64,000 bases of DNA from Camelus dromedarius (lineage: Eukaryota), in the NCBI RefSeq assembly GCF_036321535.1, contig NC_087438.1, positions 3,722,001 through 3,786,000 on the forward strand, in the 5' to 3' direction. This document shows, one piece after another, positions 11,293-23,868 of this stretch. The notes below the pieces were generated by a model. That model was not told where the DNA came from, ran no database searches, and worked only from the letters and a program-made list of their open reading frames with translations. Position 1 is the stretch's first letter. Every line of letters begins with the position of its first letter. The translations under genes were made by a program, and so were the position numbers.

Positions 11293-13879
11293 TTTTTTGG
11301 ACTACTTTTTACAAAAGGCGGAGTTCAGACATCAAGGATGGCTCAATCCCATGGCTTTCCTCACTGCTCTGTGGACCCGTCTCCATGTTCATCCTCATCC
11401 TGAAGGTCACCTCCTCCTGGACTTCCCCTGCCGCATCTGCCTTGGGAGCTCTGGCCATTACAGCGTCCTAGGAGCTACATGCCATGTTTCTCTCCTGATG
11501 CACTGTCAGCCACGTGGCATCACACCAACCGCAGAGTGCCTGGCGTGGAGCAGAGTGGTTCAGTCAGGCACCAGCCATATTGGCCAATTTGCACCCACAG
11601 CCATGCCTTTCTTAAGAACACTTACTCCTTGGTGTCAAGTAATCCCAGAATAACACAGGGAAAAGTGTGGAGTGAGGAAGTGACCTCTAAGCGAAGAGCT
11701 GGCTCCGTGTAAGGTTATGCAAGTTTAGGAGGCGTTCGGATCCTTGAAACTGACATGCACCTCGAGCTCTGACAGCCTTTTTCTGTCAGATCCCAGAGTG
11801 CGCTCAGCCCCCTCTGATGGGAGCACAGAAACTGACAGCAGCAGACAGTGACCGGTCTTGAAATGGATTCGTTCTGAGCCTCCTCATTTCTTGCCCTGAT
11901 GTGCCTTGGTTCGGTTTAGTTACGTAGGAAAAAATTGCTTCCCTGGCTGGAATTCTGAACGATGATTCATTTTGGTGGAAGCGCTTATAATTAAAAACAG
12001 TCGCAACAAAAACGAGGCATTAGAACATATGAGTCCTGGACAGTCGGCGAGCCCAGGAGGCCCCGCCGCGACGGCAGCAGATGTGAGAGCAAATTAAATT
12101 CACGGCTCACTTGTGCCCCCTTCCAGGGGCGTTCGCTCCAAATTGGGCGGTTTATGCAAGTGACTAAAACGTGTGGCATGTCCTTCTTGGAAATGATTAT
12201 GCATATTTAAGAGTCATTAGGATGTCAGAAATACACAGGTGTGAATATCAGGAAGAAGTGGTGCTTGCTTCGGGCCAGTCAGCCGCAAGCAGACTCCCCT
12301 GGTGGGGAAGGAAGAGGGAGGCAGAGAGGGTGACTGATGTACAGATGGTGCAGCATCAAGGTGGACTCAATGTGGGGACGCCCGGGCAGCATCACGGTGA
12401 CATTGTGCAGACAAGGGATGCAGGGAGCTCATTTCCGTGCTCCTCAGCACACGCTGCTCCTCCAGCCGAGGGCAGGGAGACGCCGCCGGGCGGTGCAGCA
12501 CTGTCTGGGCCGAGTGGCAGGAAGCGGTGATGCCAGTGCCCTGGAGGGGGGCTGAAAGCTTTCCGGCCCTTTCTCCCAGCATGGGGCACAGTGGCTTAAT
12601 GGCCCAGGGGTGCTCAGGGCCTGTGCCTGGTGGCATCAGCACGATCACTCCAAGGCTGCAGAGGTGAATCTGAACATTTCCTGTACATTCCAAAACAGCA
12701 CTTTTGAAATCCTTTCGTTGGCCTAGTGCCATGGGGGTTAGTGCCTGGGGTGGTCCCACTGTGGTGAGCTCCACGGTGGAAGTATTTCTGGACAGGATGT
12801 CTGAACAGGGAGATTTTGGGCCAGGAGAGTGAAGGTCTCAGCCGCGGCCAGGCCGGGTGTGGGGGGTGCTGGCTGAATGGGGCCGGCGGGGGCGGCTCCC
12901 CGCTGGGAGAGTCTGTCAGCCCCTTCCTGCTCTCCCTCACACTGCTCTCCATCTCATGCTGCTTCAGCTCGACTCTCAGCACAGAATTTATGGAGGACAC
13001 AGTCCTGAGGGTCCTCTGTTGCTGCTGAGCTGGTCCCAGAGCAGGGAGAAGAGCCCTTTGGGGGCTGGGCAGGGGGTCTCTGTGGAGAAAGAGGGGACTG
13101 GCTTGAAGGTCTTGCCCAGGGTCCAGCTGCAACTCTGCTGGGTGGTCTGCCGGGGTCGGGAGGCGTCACTGTCGCTCCCACCCTCCATGTCAGACCCTCC
13201 GAGCCTGTTCCTTATGGCTGTGGGTTTCCATGGCGGGGCTGGGTGGGGACAGGCGGCCAGATGGCCTCGCTCACCTCCTACCTTTTCAGACACAATGCCC
13301 CACCTCGTGCTTTGGAGGCAGGTACACTAGCTGTTGCCCAGCCGGGGTGCTTGAACGTCCCAAAGAGGTTGGAGCTGAGACGAGGTGTGAGCTCCACCGG
13401 AAGGAGGTCTCAGGTGCTCGTTGGTGTTGGAGTTGCCAGCAGGGCGGGCTTGGCCAAGCTGGGGTAGTGAACATTAGTACTGAAGATGCCAGTGACCTCA
13501 GGACCCGCCCCCTGCCCCCTCCCCAGCGGCCCTATGCCCACACAGACCAGCGTGTTCCCTCGTCCTGGGTTTTAATCCTCAGTCTCGATGAAGGGGGTTG
13601 GGACAGGGACACGGGGTGGTTCTCATCCCTGACTTGGTGGTGTCTTCCTTCTCTGAGCCCTCACTGTGCTTTCCAGCTAAATCTGCAGGGTGCAGCCTGT
13701 TTTTCAAGGATTCTTTGCAAGTCAGCCCTGTGCTCCTGGGGCACAGGCAGCTCGCATAAGGACCACCTCCTGCCTCCTCTGGGAAGCCCCACACTGAGTG
13801 CAAGAGGCTGGGAGAAGCCAGGTGTAGGTCCTTGGGAATGTCGTGAAGGGCTGGTACAGCTGTGATGCAGCACCAGCGA

Positions 13880-14285
13880 GAGGGCAGCTTCAACAGCATA
13901 ACTGTATTGTCTCACGGTCTGGAGGCTGGAAATCCACAATCAAGGTGTCAGTGTTGGCAGGGATGGCTCCTTCTGAGGCTGCTTCAGGCCCCTCAGTCCC
14001 CTGGTTTGCTGGCCACCTTTGGAGTTTCTTGTCTTGCTGAAGCATCATCTGGATCTCTGTCTTCATGTTCATGTGGCATTCTTCCTGTGTGCATGTCTGT
14101 GTCTAAATATTTCCTCTTTATAAGGACACCAGTCATGTAGGATTAGGGTCCCACCCCACTCTACTATGATCTCATCTACATTTAACTACATCCACAGGGA
14201 CCCTATTTCCATGCGAGGCCACAGTCTGAGGCACTGGGGGCGGGGGCCTCAGGGAATTCTTCAGGGACCCCACTCAGTCCACGAC
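13880..14285 (-). mobile_element. MaLR LTR (MLT1 family)
   Basis: TCTCACGGTCTGGAGGCTGGAAATCCACAATCAAGGTGTCAG and ATAAGGACACCAGTCATGTAGGATTAGGG are MLT1 antisense hallmarks. Confidence 0.85.
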
Positions 14286-14804
14286 AGACTGAGGCTGGCT
14301 TTCAGGGCTGGGGGTTTCCTACTCTCAAGTGCACTGGTTGGACTGGTTTCAGCAGAGACAGAAATGACATCACTTCTAATTCCTGTAAGAGTAAAAGTGA
14401 GGTCCATGCCAGTGAGCTTCCTGGGCATGAGATAGCTTCAGTTTTAGAGGAGCTGACAGACGGCTTCTGGGATCTCACATTGTTCTCCAAATAGAATAGC
14501 AAATTACTCCAAAAATAGTTAAGTAGTCAGTACTGTCTTCATTCAGATTAAAGGGAAGACCAGTCCTGAGAATTGGAGTTCCCTTGTAGAATTCCTCGAG
14601 AAATGCAGTTTTATCTTTTCAGCCTGGATACAGCCCAGCTCCACGTGACAGAGGCCCTGGGTGTGTGTGAGGTATGGGGTCGAGCAGGAAGCAATGGGGG
14701 CTTGTAATGGTTCTGTCAAAAACAAGCTGATTAGAACTGATTGGGGAAATGAGTTTTTCAATCCTTTTTGGTAATATTTTAATTTTTAATAATTGTTTGA
14801 CTGT

Positions 14805-15176
14805 GTACTTTATTTATTTCTATTAAAGTATAGTTGATTTACAATGTTATATTAATTTCTGGTGTATAGCATAGTGATTCATAGTGTGTATCTATAAACA
14901 TCAAACTCCCAATTTATCCCTTCCCACCCCTTTCCTCCTAACTATAAGTTTGTTTTCTATGTCTGAGTCTGTTTCTGTTTTATAAATAAGTTTGTGTCCT
15001 TTTTTTTTTTTTTAAGATTCTACATATAAGTGATATCATATGGTATTTTTCTTTCTCTTTCTGGCTTACTTCACTTAGAATGACAATCTCCAGGTCCATC
15101 CATGTTGCTGCAAGTGGCATTATTTTATTCTTTTTTATGACTGAGTAGTATTCCATTATGTGTGAGATAGATATAG

Positions 15177-15233
<57 letters not shown>

Positions 15234-15273
15234 ATCACAACTTTTCTATCCAGTCATCTGTTGATGGACATTT
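14805..15273 (-). mobile_element. LINE-1 3' segment (non-inverted part of a 5'-inverted L1), containing a (CA)n tract
   Basis: Antisense L1 3' UTR. Minus translation MEYYSVIKKNKIMPLAATWMDLEIVILSEVSQ is the ORF2 end. (CA)n at 15180-15228. Confidence 0.92.
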
Positions 15274-15700
15274 CAATAGCAAAAAACAAACAACCCAATA
15301 AAAAATGGGAAGAAGACCTAAACAAGCAATTCTCCAATGAACACATACAAATGGCCAGTAGAAACATGAAAAAATGCTCAATATCGCTAATTATCAGAGA
15401 AATGCAAATCAAAACTGCAATGAGGTATCACCTCACACTGGTCAAAATGGCCATCATTGAAAAGTCCACAGATGATAAATGCTGGAGAGGTTGTGGAAAA
15501 AAGGGAACCCTCCTACACTGTTGGTGGGAATGTAGTTTGGTGTAGCCATTGTGGAAAACAGTATGGAGATTCCTTTAAAAACTGAAAACAGACTTACCCT
15601 TTGATCCACAAATCCCACTCCTGGGTATAAATATGGAAGAAACTCTAATTTGAAAAAAAATACATGCACCCCAATGTTCATAACACCACTATTTACAATA
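15274..15700 (+). mobile_element. LINE-1 ORF2 C-terminal segment, inverted relative to the adjacent 3' segment
   Basis: Plus translation [55 protein letters not shown]. Confidence 0.95.
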
Positions 15701-17427
15701 TCACAATTTACAATTAGGTTTCAATGGAAGCTACCTAATTTTTGACAATTAGACAACATTTTTCCTCATAGAAAGGGGAAAATGTCAAAATCCTGGACTC
15801 TGGGATTTCACTTCTCACGAGATTTAGTTGTATTTCAATAAGACATACAGATGATGGGATGGGAAGTCAGAAACTTGTGGGGCCTTGCAGGGATGGGCCA
15901 GAGTTATCGCTTAAGGAAGTTTGAGTCTCGACTCCCCTGGAAGCGCCCTGCACCTTCGCTGTGGAGCAGCAGTCGGTTCCTCGCCTCCTTTCTCCTTGCT
16001 GTCCTGCATGAGGGGGTGCCAGAGAGCCTCACGCATTTCAGTGAACATTACCTTGACGCTGAACCTGTAGCATACCTGGCTTTCTTTCCTTAAAGTTTTA
16101 CAGAAGATATTGCATATATGCTTCTAAATCAGATTCTATAAACATTTGTGAGCCCCTGCTACGAGGAATGGGGTTTGTACTTTCTGCTGGTGACAAAGAT
16201 GACAGATATCTTCTTCTAAAACTCCCTGGGCAGGGTGGCTTCGGAGAAGAGCCGATGAGCACACTCCCTTTGGGGACCTGCCTGGATTTTTGTGGCAATT
16301 AATTGATGGAAGCTTGAGTTCATCTTCTAGCCAGAGAGTTGGGGAGCCCAGGGCCTTGAGCAGCTGCTTCTCCCCTGCACAGTTGCCCCCCTGATGAGGG
16401 TGACTTTTCAGGCATCTTGCAGAGAAGATTAACTGCCAAGGTAATAAAGGCAACTGCTTTTAATCATTTTAATAATTAATGCATTTATTGCAGCTCCTTG
16501 CTGCTTTTTGGGCTGAACATAATGAGCAGGAAGGAAGGAAGTGTCCCAGGGATCCCCGAGATCATCACCTAAAGGTTAATTAACCTGGATATTATCTGGG
16601 CAATGACACCTGGCCCGCACTGGCGGGGGCCGTCACAAGGACGGTGCCAAGCACATGCCGAGCCTGCACACAGAGCAAGGTCATAGGGAGTGAGCACTTT
16701 AGATGATGGGATGTTGCCTTTGAAAGAATGTTAATGTGGATATTGATTTAACTCAAAGCTGAGCACATTCCATTTGGAAGCTTCTAGTAAATGAGAAATG
16801 GAAGAAAGGAGTTGCTGAGCAGAACTGCAAACTGAAGAGGTGTTTCTGTGCTGGAACTTGAATGAAAATAGACTTACTGTCAGTTTACACAGTGGTTGGG
16901 GTTCGTGTCTGCCGTCTGCAGCCACTCCAGGGCAAGGGGCTCTCTTCAAATAAAGCCATTGACAGACCTCGAAAGCGCGTCCTTCCCACAAGCTGGTGGA
17001 GCTTCCAAACGGGTGTGTTTGTCTGCGGTGTTGCTGAAGGTCCAGGTTCAGGTTTCAGAAGGTGGAGCATCCCAGCGCCACAAGAGCACCTTGCGCTGTT
17101 TATCCTCAGTGGTGCTGAAGTTCTCCTGGTCCACCTGAGAAGCTTGGGAAGAGAGTGAGCCTTGCATTTCTGGGCCCCCTCATTGGACCCATCGGACTAA
17201 AATTGTGGTGCATAACAGGGTTAGGAAGGGAAGAAACAGCAGCATGCCCCCTACTAGCCAATGAGAGTGAAAACCAGGATGGGGCACGATTTAGGAACAC
17301 GCGCAGTGAAAGTCTTCAAGATAAGCACGTGCTTATTAAGCTCAGAAATCATGCTTATAAAACATCATCCTAGAGGAATAATCACAGATATGCAAGGGTG
17401 TTTGGCCATAAAGATGCTCGTTTTATG

Positions 17428-17565
17428 AATTTTTTTTAATATTTTATTTTTGGTGGGGGGAGGTAATCAGGTCTATTTATATTTTTAGAGGAAGTACTGG
17501 GGATTGAACCCAGGACCTTGTGCATACTAAGCATGCAGTCTACCATTTGAGCTACACCCTCCCCA
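17428..17565 (-). mobile_element. tRNA-Ala-derived SINE (vic-1 type)
   Basis: Reverse complement GGGGAGGGTGTAGCTCAAATGGTAGA...GGTTCAATCCCC. Approximate TSD TTTATGAATTTTT / TGTATGAGTTTTT. Confidence 0.9.
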
Positions 17566-17619
17566 GTTCATTGTATGAGTTTTTAGTAAAACATTGGAAA
17601 CAGCTATGATTTTAGGATT

Positions 17620-18385
17620 TTTGTAGGAAAACCTGCCAAATGTACAGGTTTCTACACCAAGCAATCCTCCAGTTCTCTGTAGACACCAACCTACGATCTG
17701 ATTCAGTTCTGACACCAGTTACTCAGACTCAGCACAGACCCTGCTGGTCAAGGGTTCAGGCTCACGAGGCTGCTCCCCCTCCACCTCAGATACACTTGCA
17801 AGTCCCGAGATGTCACCTGTATTCTGACCAACCAGCTAGAATTCGGGGGTCCCCCAGCCCCCTCTTTAGGTTTGGGAATTTGCTATACAGGCTCACAGAA
17901 TGCAGGGAAAGACTTTACTGATGTTTGTCCATTTATTGTGAAGGACAGAATTGAGGGTACAAGCAAACAGCCAGGTGAGGAGGTGCACAGGGTGAGGCCC
18001 TGGGGGCCCGAGCTCGGGAGCTGCTGTCTCCATGGAGCTGGGGTGCCCCGCCCTCCTGGCATGTGGCTGCCTTCACCCACCCGGAAGCTCTCTGAGCCTC
18101 ATCATCCAGTGGTTTTCTAAAAAGGAGGCTTCATCCTGTAAGCATGATTGATTACTCACTCAGCCTCCAGCCCCTCTCCTGGAGAACGGGGGTGGGTGGC
18201 GGGGCTTCTAATCAAAGTTTGGTCTTTCTGGTGCCCTGAAGCTATCCAGGGGCTCACCAAGAATCACCTCATTAGAGCAAACGAAGCTTCTACCACTCAT
18301 GAAATGACAAGGGTTCTAGAAGCTCTGTGCCAGGAACTGGAGATGAAGACCAGATCCATATTTCAAACTAGGCCACTGTGTCACA
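17620..18385. mobile_element. MER21-type solo LTR
   Basis: ACACCAAGCAAT...CAGTTCTGACAC...TCTGACCAACCAGCTA...TTTATTGTGAAGGA...GTCACA, following the recalled MER21 pattern. Confidence 0.75.
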
Positions 18386-18399
18386 ACAGCCTAGTGCGT

Positions 18400-18545
18400 A
18401 TTATCTGTGTGACGCTGAGTCACCCGGTGCCTCAGTTTCCCCACTTGCAACTTGCTAGTGTTGCTCTGAGCTTTAAATGAAGTGATGCCTGTGAAGTGCC
18501 AAGAATGATGCTAACCCCCACAGGAAGGTTATTATCACTGCTGCT
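18400..18545. mobile_element. MIR remnant
   Basis: CTGTGTGACGCTGAGTCACC..GTGCCTCAGTTTCCCCACTTG, the MIR core. Confidence 0.6.
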
Positions 18546-18816
18546 GGTGTGACTGGGTAGTCAGAGGTGACACAGTGACCAAGGGCTGAGTTATTAAAGT
18601 GATGCTGATCCTTTGCTGAATAAAAAGGTGCTCACAGTTTAAGTGGAAAGATTGAGTAATTTGATACGATTCTATTATCAGATGAAATTATGCTAATATA
18701 TGTATATATCATACATGCCTGTATTATATATAAAGAGAACCAATGCAACATTTTATTTATTCATCTTCATGTATATATTGCATACTTTACATATGATATG
18801 TATACGTGTATATACA

Positions 18817-18819
<3 letters not shown>

Positions 18820-18849
<30 letters not shown>
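18820..18849. repeat. (TG)n microsatellite
   Basis: Direct tandem TG repeat. Confidence 0.95.
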
Positions 18850-18852
<3 letters not shown>

Positions 18853-21800
18853 AAAACTAAACCAATACACAGTTAGCAGTGGTCCTTTCTGGGTATGAAA
18901 AATAGAAGTGATTTTAAATTTAGTCTATGTACTTGCCATAGCTTCCAAATTTTCTATGGTGAGAATACACAATAATTTTCCTTGAGAAAATGTTCTTTAA
19001 AATAATATTATTTAATTTAACTCAACATCAGATTCTGAAACTGAGAGTTTAGGATTGAAACTAAAATCTATGTATTGTGAGAGAATACTGCTCACGTATT
19101 TATCATAAACATATAGCCTAAGTTTTGATGTTATTTGCATCTAACGATGTCATCAGACTGAAGACAGGAGAGTGAACATGTTGGAAAAACAGGCATCAGC
19201 CTCTCAGAGAGCTGGGTCAGGAGTTGGTATGTAGGTTCCTAACTTGCTCAATATAGTGAGCACGTGTGTGCACGTCCCACTGTGGGCACCGCTGGTTCTC
19301 AGGACCGAGTGGCAGTCCTGCAGTCCCAGAGGGCAGTGTGGCACGTCTGGGGGGCAATGGGGTGCGGTCTGGGTGAGAAGGAGTGTGATGTGGTGTGATC
19401 CTTGTTGTGGGTGTTTTGGGCCCTCTGACAGTAGCTTCTTGGTGGTTGAGATAAGTCAGACAACACAGAAAGACACGAATGAAGGAAAGTGAGATACTTA
19501 GCACCACTTTTCAAATTATTCATAAAGCATTGATTCATAAAGCGATAATAAAAGACTTTGTTAATATTTTTTTTTCTTAAAATTCACTATGTAGTGTTCA
19601 AGGTGCCCAAGGCTATTTCTTTATTTAAAAACAAAAGCAACGTCTGAATGGGATGTAAAGTTTAGAAATGCTAATGGTTTTTCTCTAAGCTGACCACAGA
19701 AGACAGCCTTAATTTATCAGGATGGGTGAGGAGTGGCAGCAAGCAGAATGCGATACAGGAAATAGGAGTGTAAACAAAAATTTAGCAAAATTGGCTTCCT
19801 TGTTGGTTTCATTCTCACTAGACACAGGTCTTAAATAAAGATAGTAAAGTAAGAATAGATTTTCCCTCCTCTTCACTTATGCTAAATAATCACATCCTTA
19901 ACTTATGGTCACGTGAACAAGATGTAATGAGTCAATGAGAAGAGAATCACTGGGTTTGTAAGAATCACTTTATAAAACCTTCCCTGCAAAAAACCCACCG
20001 CCTTTGAGATCTCCCAAAGGATCTCAGTTCTAAAGAGAAAAAACTGACAGGTGTAGAACCCCAAAGCACTCAACCGCTTTTCGCAAAGCAGGTTGCTTTT
20101 GCTGAACAAGGGGCACTACTCTGACCAAAGCAGGTTCTTGGCATGGAAATAGTTAATACACTGAGCTTTTATTTTCCTGTCGTCTCGAATTTGGAAGAGA
20201 TCATCCTTCAGTGTAAATATTTAAATGCATTTACTTTTCTCATGAATTCCTTGTGATTGTAAATGTTGTAGAACTAATAAATGTTTTGAAATTCTCTTTG
20301 GGCTCAGTCTGGCTTAAGAGAGATGGAGTCATGGGCCTCTTCCCAGCTCTCACTGGCGGCAACCTCTGTGTGGCACGTGAGGAGTCAGCCTCCCCTTTCT
20401 GTTTCAACTCTCTCGTCCTTGGTTTCTGTATCATGAACTCCTTGGATTTTCCTTCCCCACCTCTGCTGGTCCTTCTCAGGCTTGTCTCCCATCCTGTTCC
20501 TCACGGCGAGGTCTTCTCTAGGAATCGGCGTCTGAGCTTCTTGTCTTCTCCCTGACACCTCATTTCATTTAATGCAGTCAGCTCTCACCTGTGTGGATGT
20601 ATCTCAGTTCCTGGTTTCTGGCCCCAGTCTTTTTCCCCAGCTCCAGGTCTGAGTTCATCTTATCTAGTGAACACCACCCAATTCCCACCAGTATCTTCAG
20701 CCTCACCAACCGAAATAGAACCTATCCATTCTTCTCATCTCCATTCTTCCTTATTCATCTGTTTGTGTCAATGCAAACATCCTCTGATCCTCCAGAGTGT
20801 TACTAGTCACATTGGTAATTGTTATGCCTTTACTGAATACTTACTATGGTGCAAGCATTGGGCTAAGAACTCGGGTTACCTGCTCCTCAAGCGTGTGCTG
20901 GCAAACACATTCTACAGCTTCTTATTTGTATTTGTGTAGGAGAGAATTCTTTCTATCAAATTTCCTATCATGTTACTTTGTGATTAAGTCTCCACTTTCC
21001 ATTATTGACAATTAAATTCCAGATACCTTGGCCTCAGGTGCTAGCTACTTCGTCCCCTCCTCTCGCACTTCACCTTTCTGCTTAATCCCTGCTCTGCTCA
21101 AATTAAATGGCCTGTTATTCTGAGCCATGTAGGAGCCCATCTCTGAGATCTGACTCAGTTTTCTTGTTTTGCCCAAAATCTTTGTCCGTTCTATCTGTAC
21201 GTCTCCATCCTTCTTATTAATCAATGCATCAAAAAGGCATTTCTAGAAACTACTCACTGATCTTTGCAACCAAGTCTCATGTCATCTTGCACGCTATGTT
21301 CTTGGAAGCATCATATCACTTGCCAGCATCTTCTTGGCGTCAAGGAGATTCTCTTGTCTACTTAGAGAAAAGCTACTCGAGAGCAGAGTCCATGCCTAAC
21401 TTGTGTTTGCATTATTGGAGGGAGGGTTATCTCCACTCAAGGATTTCCTCAGTGAGTAGCACTGAGAAATGATTAGATTAATGCTGTACTTAGCTCAGCA
21501 GTCTTATCAGTTAAGTATCTCAGGTCTTCCAAGATCAGACACTGAATTATACAGAATGAACAGTTTAAAAATAATGCATTCTATTTCAGGAAGGTACTTT
21601 TGATTAAATTGTGGGGTTTATGTTTGGGGTGTGAACTAACAATGTCCACTGATACCTTTTAATCATGCCTCACCGGTGTTTAAAATTAGAGAAAAATTGG
21701 AAAACAATTGGCGCTGGTGTTCCTCCCTGAGAACCAGCATTCCCTCAGTGACTCCACCCCCTGTGTTAGGATTTTGAGGCTGGTCTCCATCTCTAACCCT

Positions 21801-22349
21801 GACATTGTCTAACGATGCTCAGTGTTGATCTTGACCAAGACCTGGGATCGTCCATGGACTGTGCCTGATTTCATAAATAAAATACAAAACTGCAGTTCTC
21901 ACTGTTGTCATTAACCCGGTACTTCTTTTAATGATAAGAAGTGAGGGATGTGAGGGAACTTTATTAGCATTCAAAAGAAGAAACTCTTGGCATTGTGATT
22001 TAATGAACTTTGTGGAGCTATTGCTCTGAGCATTGTTGCAAAGATGATGTGAAACCTGGAAGTTTGCAGCCAATCTGAATATATTAAGTCCATTGAACAC
22101 TTGTTCAATACATAGAGCTATATGTTTATCCATTAGGACAAAACTATTGATGATATGGATGACAATGTGTTTTGTGGTTAAGACCACAGCTGTGGAGTTC
22201 AGTGCATGAGACTGCTGCAGTTTCCTTGCTTTGCTGTCTCATCTCTCTCATCTGCAAAACAAACAAACAAACAAAAAAACAACATTAGCATCTATCTATC
22301 TATCTTGGCAGGTTGTTGTGATAATTTAAGGAAATGGTAAATAGCCAGT

Positions 22350-23260
22350 ATGTAGCCCTGTGCCTGCACATAGTAGGCACTGAAGAAATAAATGAGGAAA
22401 TAATGAAAAGAAAATATAATGATTGGGAGGGTCATAGGTGAAATCATGTGAGTTTCAGGCTGAGGGGTTACACATTACCTGGCAGACAATGAGCAGTCAT
22501 TCATGGTTGTTCAGCAGAGGGTGACTTGTTCAAAGCAGGATTCTATGATGATTAATCTTGTAATAGTAAGAAAAAGTGAACTGGAGGGAAAGAGGATAGA
22601 GACAGGACATAACTGCAAAAGTTCATGCATGAGTAATGAATATGGCAGTGCAAATCAAAACAAAATGCAGATAGAAGAGGCTTTAAAAGAGGAGACCCAA
22701 AAATCGCCTGGTGAAAATATAAAAGGAAGATATTTAAGGAAACTCTTTCAATTAGGAGACTGAAAAACAGTGGAGAATAGAAATATTTGGAGGTAGAGTT
22801 AATTGGGGAAATTCTAAGTTCAACTTCAGAGCCTGTTGAGCTAGACATGATTAAGCAACGTCACTGGGGGGTGAACAGTAGAAAGTGGGGAGCAGGGACT
22901 AGTGATTAGGAGAGACTCCGAGGAAGATGTTCAGATCTACGTTTGGGGTCCATGGTTGCAGCCATATGAGTGAATGGAAACTCCGAGAGGAATGAGGAGA
23001 GAGGAAGGCAGAGGCTAAGAATTCCTTGACAGCAGTGACGTGGAGGGGAACCCAGAGGGGGAGAACCGCAAGAAAGGAGGTTCTGCCCGGGAGCGTTAAG
23101 GCTCTGAAGAGAGGCTCAGAGGTGAAGACCAAGGACAGGCCACTGGATTGTTCAAAGGAAGGACTGACAGCTTCAGTGACATTCTCAGTCGAGTCCTAGC
23201 GGTCGTGAAATTAAACTTCAAATCATGCCAGGTTGAGGAGAGAGACTGAGAGGCTTGGAG
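22350..23260 (-). mobile_element. LINE-2 remnant
   Basis: Purine-rich degenerate sequence with L2 antisense motifs (GACAATGAGCAGTCA...AGCAGAGGGTGAC; GTTTGGGGTCCAT; CCACTGGATT). Confidence 0.6.
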
Positions 23261-23850
23261 CTGTCCAGGTGCTGACCTGGTCTCCAACTGCTTACGTTTA
23301 TGGGCATTAATGTTTTGTTTTGTTTTGTTTTTTTGTTTTGTAGTTATGGTGGTTGGTTCTTTCACAAAGCTTGATCTTTGTGACTTTGAAATAAATACCA
23401 AGTGGTAGACTTTTTTTTAAAAAAGCACCTATTGGAAGACTCAGTGCTCTGCTAATGTTTTAAGTGAGAATATAGGTTGGGCTCTATTACCCTTTGGGAA
23501 AACTGAGCTTGGAACTAGTTCTCCCACCTGCGCTACACTTGGATGAAGCTTTATAACTGGATTTTAAAAGAGGATATCTTATGAGATGTGAGTTTTTTTT
23601 AAAAAACAGTAAGCCCATAAGAGCAAATCACACTTTTTTAGAATTTAGTTTAGTCAAGAGATTAACGACTGTGCTGTATTAAGATTTGGTCTCTCTTTTT
23701 CTCTGAATTGTGATTGCATCTGTCCCTAGAGACAGTGCTCTCCCCTCCCAGATCCAGGAAACCCCCAGGCTTCTCACACTCTTGTTTATCTTAGTTATGG
23801 AGCACTTGCATCTTTGAAAACTGGTCAATAATCTGGATTCATAAGAGCAC

Positions 23851-23868
23851 TGGCAGTAGGGGGTGCTA
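23851..23868 (+). promoter_or_regulatory. Candidate CTCF motif
   Basis: TGGCAGTAGGGGGTGCTA resembles the CTCF core CCASYAGRKGGCRS. Motif match only. Confidence 0.35.

Noticed and set aside
13230..13865. 211-aa plus-strand ORF
   Set aside because: No recognisable homology, Trp/Cys-rich random composition and no splice support.
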